Assembly (NCBI RefSeq): GCF_001194135.2
Contig: NC_068983.1
Span: 95,283,570-95,324,734 of the forward strand
Length of the DNA stretch: 41,165 nt
From: Octopus bimaculoides
Lineage: Eukaryota
Direction: 5' to 3'
Position numbers and translations under genes: made by a program. Shown piece by piece: positions 23,301 to 34,239 of the stretch; the first letter of the stretch is position 1; every line of letters starts with the position of its first letter. The notes beneath the pieces are model-generated. The model ran no database searches. It was not told where the DNA came from and worked only from the letters and a program-made list of their open reading frames with translations.

Positions 23301-23795
23301 GTGGAAATCAGCTACTCAGAAGATGTTAACACAAGACTAAAGATTAACAAAAAAGAGAATACCTACACTGAACTGTTGAGACATCTACAGTTACTCTACC
23401 CAGATTAGAAGTTCGGGTTTATACCAGTATTTACTGGAGCTCTTGGATATGTAACACACTGCCTAAGTACCAGCCTTGAAAAATTGGGCTTCTCAAAACC
23501 AGAAAGGAGAAAACTGATTCGAAGATTATAGATCCAAGCCATTACTGGAACTGTAAAAATTTGTAAAACTTTCCAGAAGTTTATCATTTAAGTATATACA
23601 AGCATGTCTAGACAGACAACTATATGCATGAGAATACATACATAAAACAAAACATACGAATCTGCACATATACTGACTCCAAATAATACACATGTACATG
23701 ATGTTGATATTCCAATGATAGAGTCTTGGATCCAGGTTAGAAACCGAATCTTCCTCTCTTGGCAAGAAATCTTGAAATAAAACTGAATAATGACA
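23301..23795 (+). mobile_element. 5'-truncated RLE-type non-LTR retrotransposon (second family)
   Basis: 23301-23591 reads VEISYSEDVN..KKENTYTELLRHLQLLYPD*KFGFIPVFTGALGY..IQAITGTVKICKTF, an RLE C-terminus with two in-frame stops. 3' UTR follows; (TACA)n on both sides. Confidence 0.8.
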
Positions 23796-23979
23796 TACAT
23801 ACATAAATACATATCAACACGTAGGCATACGCCCATGCATAACATTAGGTGCCCCAAAATTTATCAAATGAAAATGTTTCGTACTAATGTGGCTGGATAC
23901 ATACATATTTGCGCGAGTGTGTGTATGTGTATGCGTGTGAATAAGTGCGTGTTTGTGTGTGTATGTGTGTGTGTGTGTA

Positions 23980-24174
23980 GGCGCAGGCGTGGCTGTGTGG
24001 TAAGATGCCTATTTCCCAATCACATGGTTCCGAGTTCAATACCACTGCGTGGTACCTTCGGCAAGTGTCTTCTACTACAGCCACGAACCTACAAAGCCTT
24101 GTGAGTTGATCTGGTAGACGGAAACTGAAAGCAGTCCGTCGTACACACACACATACACACTCACACACACACAC

Positions 24175-24216
<42 letters not shown>

Positions 24217-24442
24217 GTATATATTTATGTGTGTGTGTGTCTGTGTTTGTCCCCTGCCATCGCTTGACAACCGATGCTGGTGTGTTTATGTCCCCGTAAC
24301 TTAGTGGTTACGCAAGAGAGACCGATAGAATAAGTAGTAGGGTCACAAAATAGAAAGTGCTTGGGTCGATCTCTTCGACTTAAACCCGTTAAGGCGGTGC
24401 TCCAGCCTGACTGCAGTTAAATCACTGAAACAAGTAAAAGAA
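23980..24442 (+). mobile_element. tRNA-derived SINE, family A
   Basis: A box TGGCTGTGTGG, B box GAGTTCAATACC, internal (CA)/(TA)/(TG) tract, tail ending GAAACAAGTAAAAGA. Confidence 0.92.
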
Positions 24443-24544
24443 CAATAACAAAACAATAACAAAACAATAACAAAAAAACAACAAAGTGAGGACGTGATAC
24501 GGATAGTGTTATTGGAGGCTCAGGAAAGGAAGGAGAGAGAGTAT

Positions 24545-24571
24545 GACGTTTCGGGCGGAGCCCTTCGTCGG
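24545..24571 (-). ncRNA. Minimal Penelope-type hammerhead-like motif, degenerate
   Basis: CCGACGA A GGG-CTCCG-CCC GAAA CG TC: perfect stem II and palindromic ACGT stem III, but U4 to C in the core and no convincing stem I. It lies in a pyrimidine-rich element at about 24443-24720. Confidence 0.5.
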
Positions 24572-25273
24572 AAAGACAGAAAGTTCGGAGAATGGAAAAA
24601 CGGAGGAAGAGGAAAATGGCACCGATGCCCACGAGGTTACATTGTGAAAGGACCGGAAGGGGAGGTGGTGGGGGAAAAGTTCTTTCTCAGACAGGAGAGT
24701 GAAAAAGGGAGGTGAATATCTGTGCATGCGCGAGNNNNNNNNNNNNNNNNNNNNNNNNNNNNNNNNNNNNNNNNNNNNNNNNNNNNNNNNNNNNNNNNNN
24801 NNNNNNNNNNNNNNNNNNNNNNNNNNNNNNNNNNNTGGTTTGGTGGTTTATCTGTTAGTGTGTATGTGTGTTTGTGTGTGTGACGTAGTGGAAGGAATTA
24901 GTAGCAGGAATAGTTAGTGGGTGCTTATAGACAATGGTTAGTGGAAGGTCAGCAGGTAGTTTTTGCGTATGTGTGTGTTCGTGTGTGTGTTTGTGTGGGG
25001 TTGTAGGTGTTGGGTACGTGTGCGTGTGTGTGTGTATTTTGTACGTGCGCGTGTGTATATGTGTATGTTTTTGTGCGTGCGTGTGTGTTTGTATATATAT
25101 ATATATATATATATAATTTTTTTCAGAATGAGATAACAAACCAAGGCTGTGAAGATTTTAGAACATTTATAAATAGAAGTTCTTAGAGCTGTTTCCAGGA
25201 TATTTATTATATCACTTTATCGGAGACTGTGTGAGAAAATTTATATATATATATACATACATACACACACACA

Positions 25274-25475
25274 TACGCGGTCGGCTGAAAATTTCATAGT
25301 CTGACCAAGACACTCGTTTGGAATGTGACTAAATTAAGTTTATTTTTCAACATAGCCCTCACTTGTGGTCCTCACACTTCTTCAATCTGTGTTACAATGC
25401 TTGCATCCCACTGCTGAAGAAACTTTCATCGTGTTGGTCAAAACAACTCAACAGCAGATATGACGCCATCATTAA
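25274..25475. mobile_element. Mariner-type terminal fragment
   Basis: TACGCGGTCGGCTGAAAATTTCATAG..TTTATTTTTCAACATAGCCCTC.. has the style of a mariner TIR and subterminal region after TA. Confidence 0.6.
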
Positions 25476-25578
25476 TGCTATACTTTTATTTCTTTTAAGC
25501 GTTTCAGCCATGTTGCTACACTTAACTAACTAACTATCTATCTATCTATCTATCTATCTATCATTCTATCTCACACAC

Positions 25579-25630
<52 letters not shown>

Positions 25631-25708
25631 GCCCGTCTGTCTGCCTGTATGTTTACGCAGAGAGTTATTGAGACGTATCAACATTCTTTTTCTATACCAC
25701 ATATGTAA

Positions 25709-25929
25709 TATCGGTTTTAAATTTTGGCACAAGGCCAGCAATTTCGTGGGAAGAAGTAAGTCGATTACATCGACCACAGTGCTCAAGTAGAACTTATTTT
25801 ATCGAACCCCTAAATGATGAAAGGAAAAGTCGACCTCAGAGGAATTTGAACTCAGAAAGTGAAGACGGGCGAAATGCCGCTAAGTATCGTGCCCAGCATG
25901 CTAACGATTCTGACTGTTCGCCGCCTTAC
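25709..25929 (-). mobile_element. tRNA-derived SINE, family B
   Basis: Reverse-complement homolog of 7788-8012. Confidence 0.88.
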
Positions 25930-25979
25930 ATACAGATCTGATGCACGAAGTATGTTATGTACTTAGCTACAGTTTCTTG

Positions 25980-26022
<43 letters not shown>

Positions 26023-26131
26023 TTATGTATGCATGTGTGTATGCATGTGTGTGTGTGCGTGCGCGCGCGTGTATGCTTGTGTGGGTGCGTGCGTGCGTGC
26101 GTGCGTGTATGTCTGTGTGTATGTATATATA

Positions 26132-26165
<34 letters not shown>

Positions 26166-26342
26166 TATGCATATATATATATGCGTGTGTGTGTGTTTGT
26201 ATGTGCGTGTTTAGGTACAGACTCTTTCTCGCACGCACATATATACACGCGCACACACATGTATGCACAGACATATAACCGTGTATTCAAATTTGTGTCT
26301 CTGCAATAATCTCTATCTTTTTCTGCATGCGCGCGCGCGCGC

Positions 26343-26373
<31 letters not shown>

Positions 26374-26387
26374 TATGTTACTGTGCA

Positions 26388-26431
<44 letters not shown>

Positions 26432-26471
26432 ATTCTATCATGTTTTATGTATACATCTATGTGTATATATG

Positions 26472-26508
<37 letters not shown>

Positions 26509-26688
26509 ATGTACACACACATACGCACGTGCATACACACACACACACATAGGCACGCAAACATTCCCTTGCACACAAACTCACATTCAGGCGCGCACAC
26601 ATACACGTATGCACACACACACGCGCACACACACACACACACACACATATAAATATATATATACACGGACACATATACGCAAGCAGAT

Positions 26689-26734
<46 letters not shown>

Positions 26735-26740
26735 ACATTG
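25980..26740. repeat. Compound microsatellite field
   Basis: (TA)n, (TG)n, (CG)n at about 26328-26357, (CTAT)n, (CA)n, (CT)n. Confidence 0.95.
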
Positions 26741-26809
26741 AACATGCAGAATCACAACATCACCCAATGACTATAATATCATTTTCAAAAGATAATCCCT
26801 TTCCTACAG

Positions 26810-27094
26810 AGCACTATGGTTGATCAACTGAAATCTCCTTTCAACCAGTTAGATATTAACTCTGGAGATGACTGTGCACAGAGAGGAGGGCCTTTATCTT
26901 ATGCAGCTTCGCCTTTTTCCCCCCAACAAACTCTCATTGCTAAGCCTTCCATACGTAGCGCAAGACAAAAATCTACTGAACCATGCAGGAAATTCGTGGC
27001 TTCAAGAAGAGGCGAACTACTACATCCTGCTTCACGCTCATGAAATATATTGAACATTCCGGTCGAACGGTAAAGTTTACTGAGGAATTATGTG
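26810..27094 (+). other. Candidate host exon
   Basis: Unique sequence between acceptor CCCTTTCCTACAG and donor GTG|GTAAGT. The frame from ATG 26983 is open to the donor (MQEIRGFKKRR..KFTEELC). Confidence 0.4.
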
Positions 27095-27304
27095 GTAAGT
27101 CTGATTTCGTTTTCCAATTTGGTCTTGAAGTTGTTGGTAACTCGACTTAGGAAGTCAGAAATAGAGTAGAGCGCTCTATGAACTTTGGTAAACTTTGATA
27201 AACTTTGACAAACTTCGTTACATAAGTATATGTACACAGGCACACGCACACATGCATATGCATATACGTACGTACACACATATGCGTGTGTATACACACA
27301 CACA

Positions 27305-27366
<62 letters not shown>

Positions 27367-28360
27367 GAAAAAGAGAAAGCAAGAGAGATACATATATATA
27401 TATATTTATATAAGTCTGCATGCATGCATATATATGTATACATATATGTTTAGATACAAAATAGGTCCATACATGTGTACATGCACACTTATGTTCGACA
27501 ATACATATGTATATGTGTATATATATATACATACATTGTGTGTGTGTGCATTGAAACGATTAAGAAGGATTGTGAAGTAAATTAGAAAATTAAAATGGGA
27601 AAAAAATCTTATGTTATATTTTGATGGCAAGATGAAAAAAGGAATATGCATGTGGTTACATTTTGATTCGAAGATAAACAACATCTATGTTGTTTGTAAA
27701 TGTGGAAAATGTCGTGTACGGGGGTATGTTCATACTTGTACCGTCGACCCACACATTTTGCCACATTTGGGTATAAACACCTTATATAAGCGAAGGTGGC
27801 TGTGTATCTTTAAGTAAAATGAATTTCTCTGCGTATCTACGTTTTCTGAACGCTTAAGACTTATTTGAATATAGCGCAGGGTGCCGTGAAGGTTTTAAGA
27901 TCAAACTTTTTCTCCTTAGTGCATAGACCACATCTGTCGTTGTAATTTTACGGGGTCTTGATCTTTTAATGTTGTTTTAATAGATATAATGTTCCAAATT
28001 GTTTTTCTTCAGTAACCACGTATAACGCATACCTTGTTGGTTTTCATGATCAATGTCTGAATGAGGAGATGTAATTGTAAACATTTACTTTTGACTATCT
28101 CTTCTGTGATTCTAGAATCAAGGTTCAAATTCATTAGATTTTACTTCGTATAAGATGGAGTTTGCATTGTAGGGTCTTTCAACGGATATTTACTGATTTA
28201 TCTACATCATCAGTTGGTCCCAGTAGATAAGGTACGCATATAGCATATAATATTCTTCATAATGGCAATAGAACAAAAACTTCTTGGTTATGACTTTTGA
28301 ATAACTTTCAATACCTATGGCTAGCCCAGTTATATAAATAAATATATATATCTATATTTA

Positions 28361-29608
28361 CAAGGGTTGGACAAAATAATGGAAAAACCTTAAAATTTCA
28401 AACAAATTTACTTTAATGTGGGGTAGGGCCGCCTTTGGTAGTAATTACAGCTTGAATTCTACGAGGTATGGACTCGTAGAAAGTTTGAATTGTTTCCAAA
28501 GGAATTTTTGTCCATTCTTCAGCTAAAACAGTCTCCAGTTCTTGTAGTGATAATAGTGGAGGATAACGACTGCTTACTTGTTTTTCTAAAATGCACCATA
28601 AATGTCCAATAATATTGAGATCTAGGGACTGTGGTGACCAGATTAGAATGCTCCTCGTGCCATTCAGTAACAACTTTTGCTGTGTGAATTGGTGCATTAT
28701 CATCCTGAAATATTGCATTTCCCTCCGGAAACAGTTCCGCAACCATAGGATGAATTTGATCAGATAAAATGCTTAAATAGTCTTGACTATTAATTCTACC
28801 ATGAAGGGAAACCATTGGATCGACGGATTTCGAAGATATAGCCTCCCAGATTATCACAAAGCCTCCTCCATGTTTAACAGTTGGAAGAAGGCAATCTAGG
28901 TCAAATGCTTCTTTTGGCTGTCTCCACAGGTATACTCGGCCAGTGGTCGGAAATAAGGTAAAGGATGACTCGTCCGAGAAAATGACATTTTTCCACTGCT
29001 CTAGAGACCAATTCTATAGGTTTTTGCTCCACTTTAAACGCTTTGCAACGCTTGTTTTTGAAAATAGTGGTTTTCTGATTGCAACCCTCCCATGAAATCC
29101 GGCTTTGTGCAGCTCACGGCGAACAGTTTTTGTGGAAATTGGATGCTCGAGGTGGTCGTTAAGCTCTGCAGTAATTTTGGGAGCTGTACATTTGTGATCC
29201 NNNNNNNNNNNNNNNNNNNNNNNNNNNNNNNNNNNNNNNNNNNNNNNNNNNNNNNNNNNNNNNNNNNNNNNNNNNNNNNNNNNNCTTTCTCAAAGGATGT
29301 TATTACTTTCGAGACAGTACTTCTTGATACACTAAATATTTCAGCTGTTTTCGTTACGCTAGCCCCTGCCATACGATCACCAACAATTTGAGCTCTTTGA
29401 AAGTCCGATAGATCTGTCATTTAAATGAATTTTAATTACGTTTTTTTTATGATATCTGAAAAGAAAAGCAATTTTAGCAAAACGTATTAAACAACACTAA
29501 TAATAACTCAAAAAACATAAAAATAAACAAGCTTTTGACGGTTTTATAGATATTTCAAAATTATGATGCTATGATGCTAGGTGTTTCCATTATTTTGTCC
29601 AACCCCTG
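28361..29608 (-). mobile_element. Tc1-like DNA transposon with both TIRs and TA TSD
   Basis: TA-CAAGGGTTGGACAAAATAATGGAAA (28361) and TTTCCATTATTTTGTCCAACCCCTG-TA (29608). Confidence 0.95.
28413..29420 (-). pseudogene. Tc1 transposase (DD34E), inactive
   Basis: MTDLSDFQRAQIVG.., VIFSDES, FQDDNAPIHTA, SLDLNIIGHLW (catalytic E to G), GGPTPH*. Frameshifts; partly in an N gap. Confidence 0.92.
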
Positions 29609-30004
29609 TATATATAATTATCTACTATATATAACTATCAGTTAAATTGAAGATGGTTTGATATGTTGGTCTCGATATTTAACGAGTACGGGTGTACACA
29701 AAAGAATACCGCAATCTCTTTTCTTATTTTGCTGGGTGCAGGGTAGGAGATATGATTGATCTTATTCTCGAATCCGATTTTTTTAAAGGCTTATTATAGT
29801 AAGATACAGCCCGGCCTAAATTATGCTTATCTGAAATTAACATCCAAAATCTTATAAAAATTTTACTTAAATAAACACAGAATCATTTTCTCTATCCCTT
29901 GTTTGTGTAAATGAGATTTTCATTTGGTATTCAAAATAGTTTGTATGGGCTACTATTTAAATCTATATTGCCATCAGGAAATTAACTATGTACATTTGTG
30001 TCTA

Positions 30005-30247
30005 GTGGAGGCAAGTGGATTAGTGGTTAGTACTTTGCACTGATGATCGTAAGATTGTGGTTTCGATTCCTGGATTGAGCGATGCGTTGTGTTCTTGAGC
30101 AAAACACTTAATTTCATGTTACTCCAGTCAATTTAGCTGGCAAAAATGCGTATCCTGCCTCGGACCGGTTCCGTCTGGGAGAGAAATATATACACCATAG
30201 AATCCAAGAAACGGGCCTTATGAGCCTATGGTTCGGAAAGGACTTTT
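30005..30247 (+). mobile_element. tRNA-derived SINE, family D
   Basis: TGGATTAGTGGTTAG (A box), GGTTTCGATTCC (B box), CTTGAGCAAAACACTT, body ending GAGCCTATGGTTCGGAAAGGACTTTT. Confidence 0.75.
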
Positions 30248-30739
30248 GACTGACCTGCCCCCTTTCTTTTACGTTTGTCTCTGAAGAGATTAAAGGCCGA
30301 AAGTAATGAATTATTAGATAAAATCTTTCTTTAGTGTTTCTAGTATATGCCAAAATCTATAGAGATAATGATCAGCATCAACAGAGGTAAATTTCTTACT
30401 TTATCTACAATAAGATCGTATAAGATCACTTATAGCAGCGCTGTTGAATGGCCCCTACTTGCATCAAAGGAACCGTACAAGTCGTATCTCTTATCTCTGG
30501 AGGAGTTCTCATAAAAAAACCAGTCATTTTAACCTGCATTATAACTTCTACATTACTACTATAATTATTGTTATCAATTTTAGGGAAATCTCGTGCTCAG
30601 GAAAATCTAGCGTGACATAGAACATTACCCGTCGAATTTTAAAGGATAACTACATTTTAATTATATAACCACTCCCTCCCCTTCACGAACACATACATTT
30701 ATACATGCATGTATTTATATATCATTATGTATGCGTATA

Positions 30740-30836
30740 AGGCGACGATCTGGCAGAATCGTTAGCACGCTGGATGGAATGCTTAGCGGTATTTCGTCCG
30801 TCGCTACGTTCTGAGTTCAAATTTCGCCGAGGTCAC
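30740..30836 (+). mobile_element. Family B SINE head, 3'-truncated
   Basis: Matches about 7788-7880. Confidence 0.85.
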
Positions 30837-30944
30837 ATGGGTGGTATTATTCGAAAGAGTAAACAATGCGTAGTACATTGTGACCAGCGGTGTATAAAAA
30901 AAAAACATCAGATAGTCTTGTCGATACCGTGATATATGCATATA

Positions 30945-30985
<41 letters not shown>

Positions 30986-30987
<2 letters not shown>

Positions 30988-31127
30988 CGTTTTTTTGCAT
31001 ACCCAACGGTATTTTTGTATTTCATGTTTGTTTACGTTTTGTGATGTCCTGTATCCATATATGCATAAGCTATATACATACATACATACGCATGTATGTA
31101 CATTTGTTTGTCTATATATGCATATGT
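30986..31127 (+). repeat. Partial direct duplicate of 31726-31858
   Basis: About 140 bp, highly similar: TCGTTTTTT..ACCCAA.GGTATTTT.GTATTTCATGTTTGTTTACGTTTT.TGA.GTCCTGTA.CCATATATGCAT. Confidence 0.9.
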
Positions 31128-31149
31128 AAATATATNNNNNNNNNNATTA

Positions 31150-31853
31150 TTATTATTATTATTATTTGATTGAACGCCACGCATCCATTTCCAAGTAAGT
31201 TTTTTCTTAATATAATCGATGCGACTCCCTCCTTTACTTTACCCCTCTCTCTCATCCTTTCTCTAATTCTTTTTTCTCCCTTTCACCGTTTTCTATCTGT
31301 CTGTCCCTCTCGCTCTCCCTCTTCCTCCTTTACTCTCGTTGCTCACACGTGACCATCATCCATCCTTCCTTTCCTCACGTGATCTTTCTTTTCCTTCACT
31401 CTGTTGCGCAGCTCGGATGCATTCGTATCTGTCTCCTCTCTTTTCTCTTATCAAAGAATCTTCTTCAAGCGTTCGCTACTTTACCTCGTCTGAGCCTAAT
31501 GGCCCTTCCTGTTTGTATTCGTTTCATTCGGTTTGTTGTATGTCCTGTTTTTGTTACCAACTTTGACCCTCTGCAAATCCCATTTTTATTTTCGGTTCGC
31601 GGGAGCAACTGCCTTCAAAGTCTTATCTTGTCGTTTGATTGATCGAAATAAGGAATAGAAGGACACGCGACAACTGATGAAGGGTCGTTTTTTATGTTAC
31701 TTGTCTTGTTTTCCATTCGTTTCTCTCGTTTTTTGCGTACCCAATGGTATTTTCGTATTTCATGTTTGTTTACGTTTTATGACGTCCTGTACCCATATAT
31801 GCATAGCTATATACATATATACTTAGGTATGTACATGTGTGTCTATATATGCA

Positions 31854-31860
<7 letters not shown>
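31150..31860 (+). mobile_element. Pyrimidine-rich repeat carrying a permuted hammerhead (copy A); possibly Penelope pLTR-derived
   Basis: Shares CTCTCGTTGCTCAC (31333-31346, exact) and GTCCTGTACCCA.ATATGCA (31784-31803, 19/20) with 37700-38238 in the same order. Confidence 0.7.
31621..31689 (+). ncRNA. Non-circularly permuted hammerhead ribozyme candidate, copy A
   Basis: CTTAT-C-TTGTCGT ... GATC-GAAA-TAAG ... GCGACAA-CTGATGA-A-GGGTC. Stem III has 5 WC pairs plus 1 GU, stem I has 6 WC plus 1 GU, stem II is short with a bulge. Confidence 0.7.
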
Positions 31861-31906
<46 letters not shown>

Positions 31907-32289
31907 TGCCCCATCGTTATCGAGAATGGTCATTGCACGAGGCTTAACTGTTAACAGTACTGTGATCGAGTGTGACATTTTAGCCCAGCTAAAGATCTAC
32001 AATGTTTTGTATAGAATTGGCATCTAAGACTAGCCGGCTGTAATTGTAATTGGGCTTCATATACCGTTGCATGTCGTTTAAGTCCTCCCGCCGAATCGCA
32101 CTCCCTTTCACATGCCTGACAGATATGATTAGTATGGTGTGTAGCACCACCACCAGCGGCATGGTAGTCAATCATCGTATATCAATATTTTTTATATATT
32201 GTACGTTTTTCAATATTTATATATCAATATCTTTTATATACTGTATATTTTTCTTTTACTTATATCTATTTTATCCAGCCTGTGGCTGT

Positions 32290-33055
32290 ATCTTGCTCGG
32301 CGACATAGAAATAATCGGTGTGAATACCCGATCACGCGGTTAGACCATTGGGAGTGAAGGACCCCTATCCTTTGTTAGGGCATCCTTCTAGGAGAAGGCA
32401 ACTCAGGCAACTGGGATAACTCCGACATAAAACCTGCGGCTCAGTGGTTACCGATGATGTTGAATTGTTCTTTTCGGGTTATGGCTACTGTTGCTTAGTG
32501 AGTGGGATTGACTCAGTGCACAGATTTTCCTCACTTTAAAAAAATCTTCTTGCACAGGCATTGCACGATAACAATATTGATTGATTAATTAATTAACTAA
32601 TTGATGATTGTTGATAGTGCTATGAGTCTCAACTGAATGGCTGACTGTAGCTTAAAAAGCAAACGATCAATGAAGTTCCAAAACAGTATAAAAATAAATG
32701 GCAGTAAGGACTCTGAAACCACATCAGATGAAAGGGTCTGGCCCGGCAGGGGCTCCAGAGCATCACAGTCTGAACCCGGCCGTCATCATGCTACTGTGAT
32801 AGAACCAAATAAAATATTGAATATTGGCTGTTGGAATGTACGGACACTGCTTGAACGCGATTCCTCAGATTCCGCTGAGACGATATTAGCTGGAGATTGT
32901 CATCTTACAGAATCTTGTGGAAAATATATATTCTTTTGGAAAGGGGGAGATGAAGAGCTTAGAAGAGAAGCTGGAGTGGCATTTGCCGTTAAGACTACTC
33001 TTGTGGAGAAGTTGAAAGAATTCCCAGTCGGGATTAACGAGCGTCTTATGTCCAT
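32290..33055 (+). mobile_element. RTE-clade LINE 5' portion with APE fragment
   Basis: LNIGCWNVRTLL..ETILAGDCHLTE..YIFFWKG..RREAGVAFAVK..PVGINERLM is an RTE-type APE N-terminus with an internal deletion; it ends at a microsatellite. The 5' boundary is approximate. Confidence 0.85.
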
Positions 33056-33112
33056 ATATATATATATATACATACATATATACATGTGTGTATGTTTTTG
33101 TATGTATGTGTG

Positions 33113-33175
<63 letters not shown>

Positions 33176-33381
33176 AAGTACTACGTTGTTATTTTCCCAC
33201 CCGCAACCCAAGGGGAAGAAATGTGAACCCTAAAGCCTGAAAATACATGCAAACTAAAAGTTTTGAAATAGGATGCTTATAGGCTTTACTAGGGATATCT
33301 TTACAACCAAGGCGTATATCACCATTATCGAGGCTGTTGGAAGGAAAAAAACTGAAACAGTTTGTCCATACAAAAAGAAGG

Positions 33382-33547
33382 TTAATTTGTCACTGTATAG
33401 CGTTGGCGTTCCGTCCATGGTTTCTCATTCGTAATAGCTATGTACTCAGATTCTTTATGGATAGTAATAGGCGAATACACTATGGTCTCTGTAGGGCCGA
33501 TTCTTAAAGGACTGAAACCAGTCAGGATGACATCCACTTTTCCTCTC
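33382..33547 (-). other. Candidate coding exon
   Basis: Acceptor TTTACAGTTTCTTTTAG, phase 2, open for 54 codons: RGKVDVILTGFSPLRIGPTETIVYSPITIHKESEYIAITNEKPWTERQRYTVTN*. No homolog recognised. Confidence 0.35.
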
Positions 33548-33884
33548 CTAAAAGAAACTGTAAATTAAAAAAATCAAAAGTGTCCACTGTATAAGATATA
33601 GCGATAGTGTTTTTGAGGTGGCGGGGGCGTTGACGTGAACAGTAGACAATATAAGAAGTGCTTAGGTGGTACCAGAAGAAGATTATTTGTTTCTTATATT
33701 TTAGATAAGGTGTTGAGCGAATAAAGACACTGGCGATCACCATGTCACGCACACAGTCTAACTAATAGTTACACACAAACATATGCAAATGAACAAATAT
33801 GCTCTCTCTTTCTTTCTCTCTCTCTCTCTATCTTTCTCTCCCTCTCTCTCTCTTTCTTTCTCTCTCTATCTCTCTCTCTTTCTT

Positions 33885-33916
<32 letters not shown>

Positions 33917-34162
33917 GCACATACACATACACATACACACACACATACACACACACATACACACACAAAAACACGTACATAAACACATGCTTATGCGCAC
34001 ACATAAATATGGGCAGGTTACCTCACATAGACAAACAATATTGAAACGAGTGTAACTGCGAAAGTTTGGTGCAACAACCTTTTAAACTGCTCACCTAAAA
34101 TTCAATATTTAATCTACTCCGGGATCAGGTGGGTGCTACTATTTTGACCTTTGAAACCGCAG

Positions 34163-34239
34163 GTCTATGTGTTCTTCCAAATCCAAGGTACTTCTGTCCT
34201 GATATTTGGCGCTTCCAATACGACTTTCAACATACGAAG
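34163..34239 (+). other. Candidate exon
   Basis: Acceptor CCGCAG, GC-type donor AAG|GCAAGT; reads GLCVLPNPRYFCPDIWRFQYDFQHTK. Confidence 0.25.

Larger units (their letters stand above)
27540..30000 (-). mobile_element. Decayed Penelope-like element (RT C-terminus plus GIY-YIG), interrupted by Tc1
   Basis: VNFL-D..DLNSSPY, PNENLIY, YYNKPLKKS and HPYSLNIETNI (29640-30000); MKNII, YNYISSFRH, RCGLCTKEK (27850-28320). These are hallmarks of Penelope ORF C-termini; many stops and frameshifts. Confidence 0.75.

Noticed and set aside
30281-30305. CTGAAGA..CCGAAAG hammerhead-like spacing
   Set aside because: Stem II has one pair only; no stem I or III can be formed.
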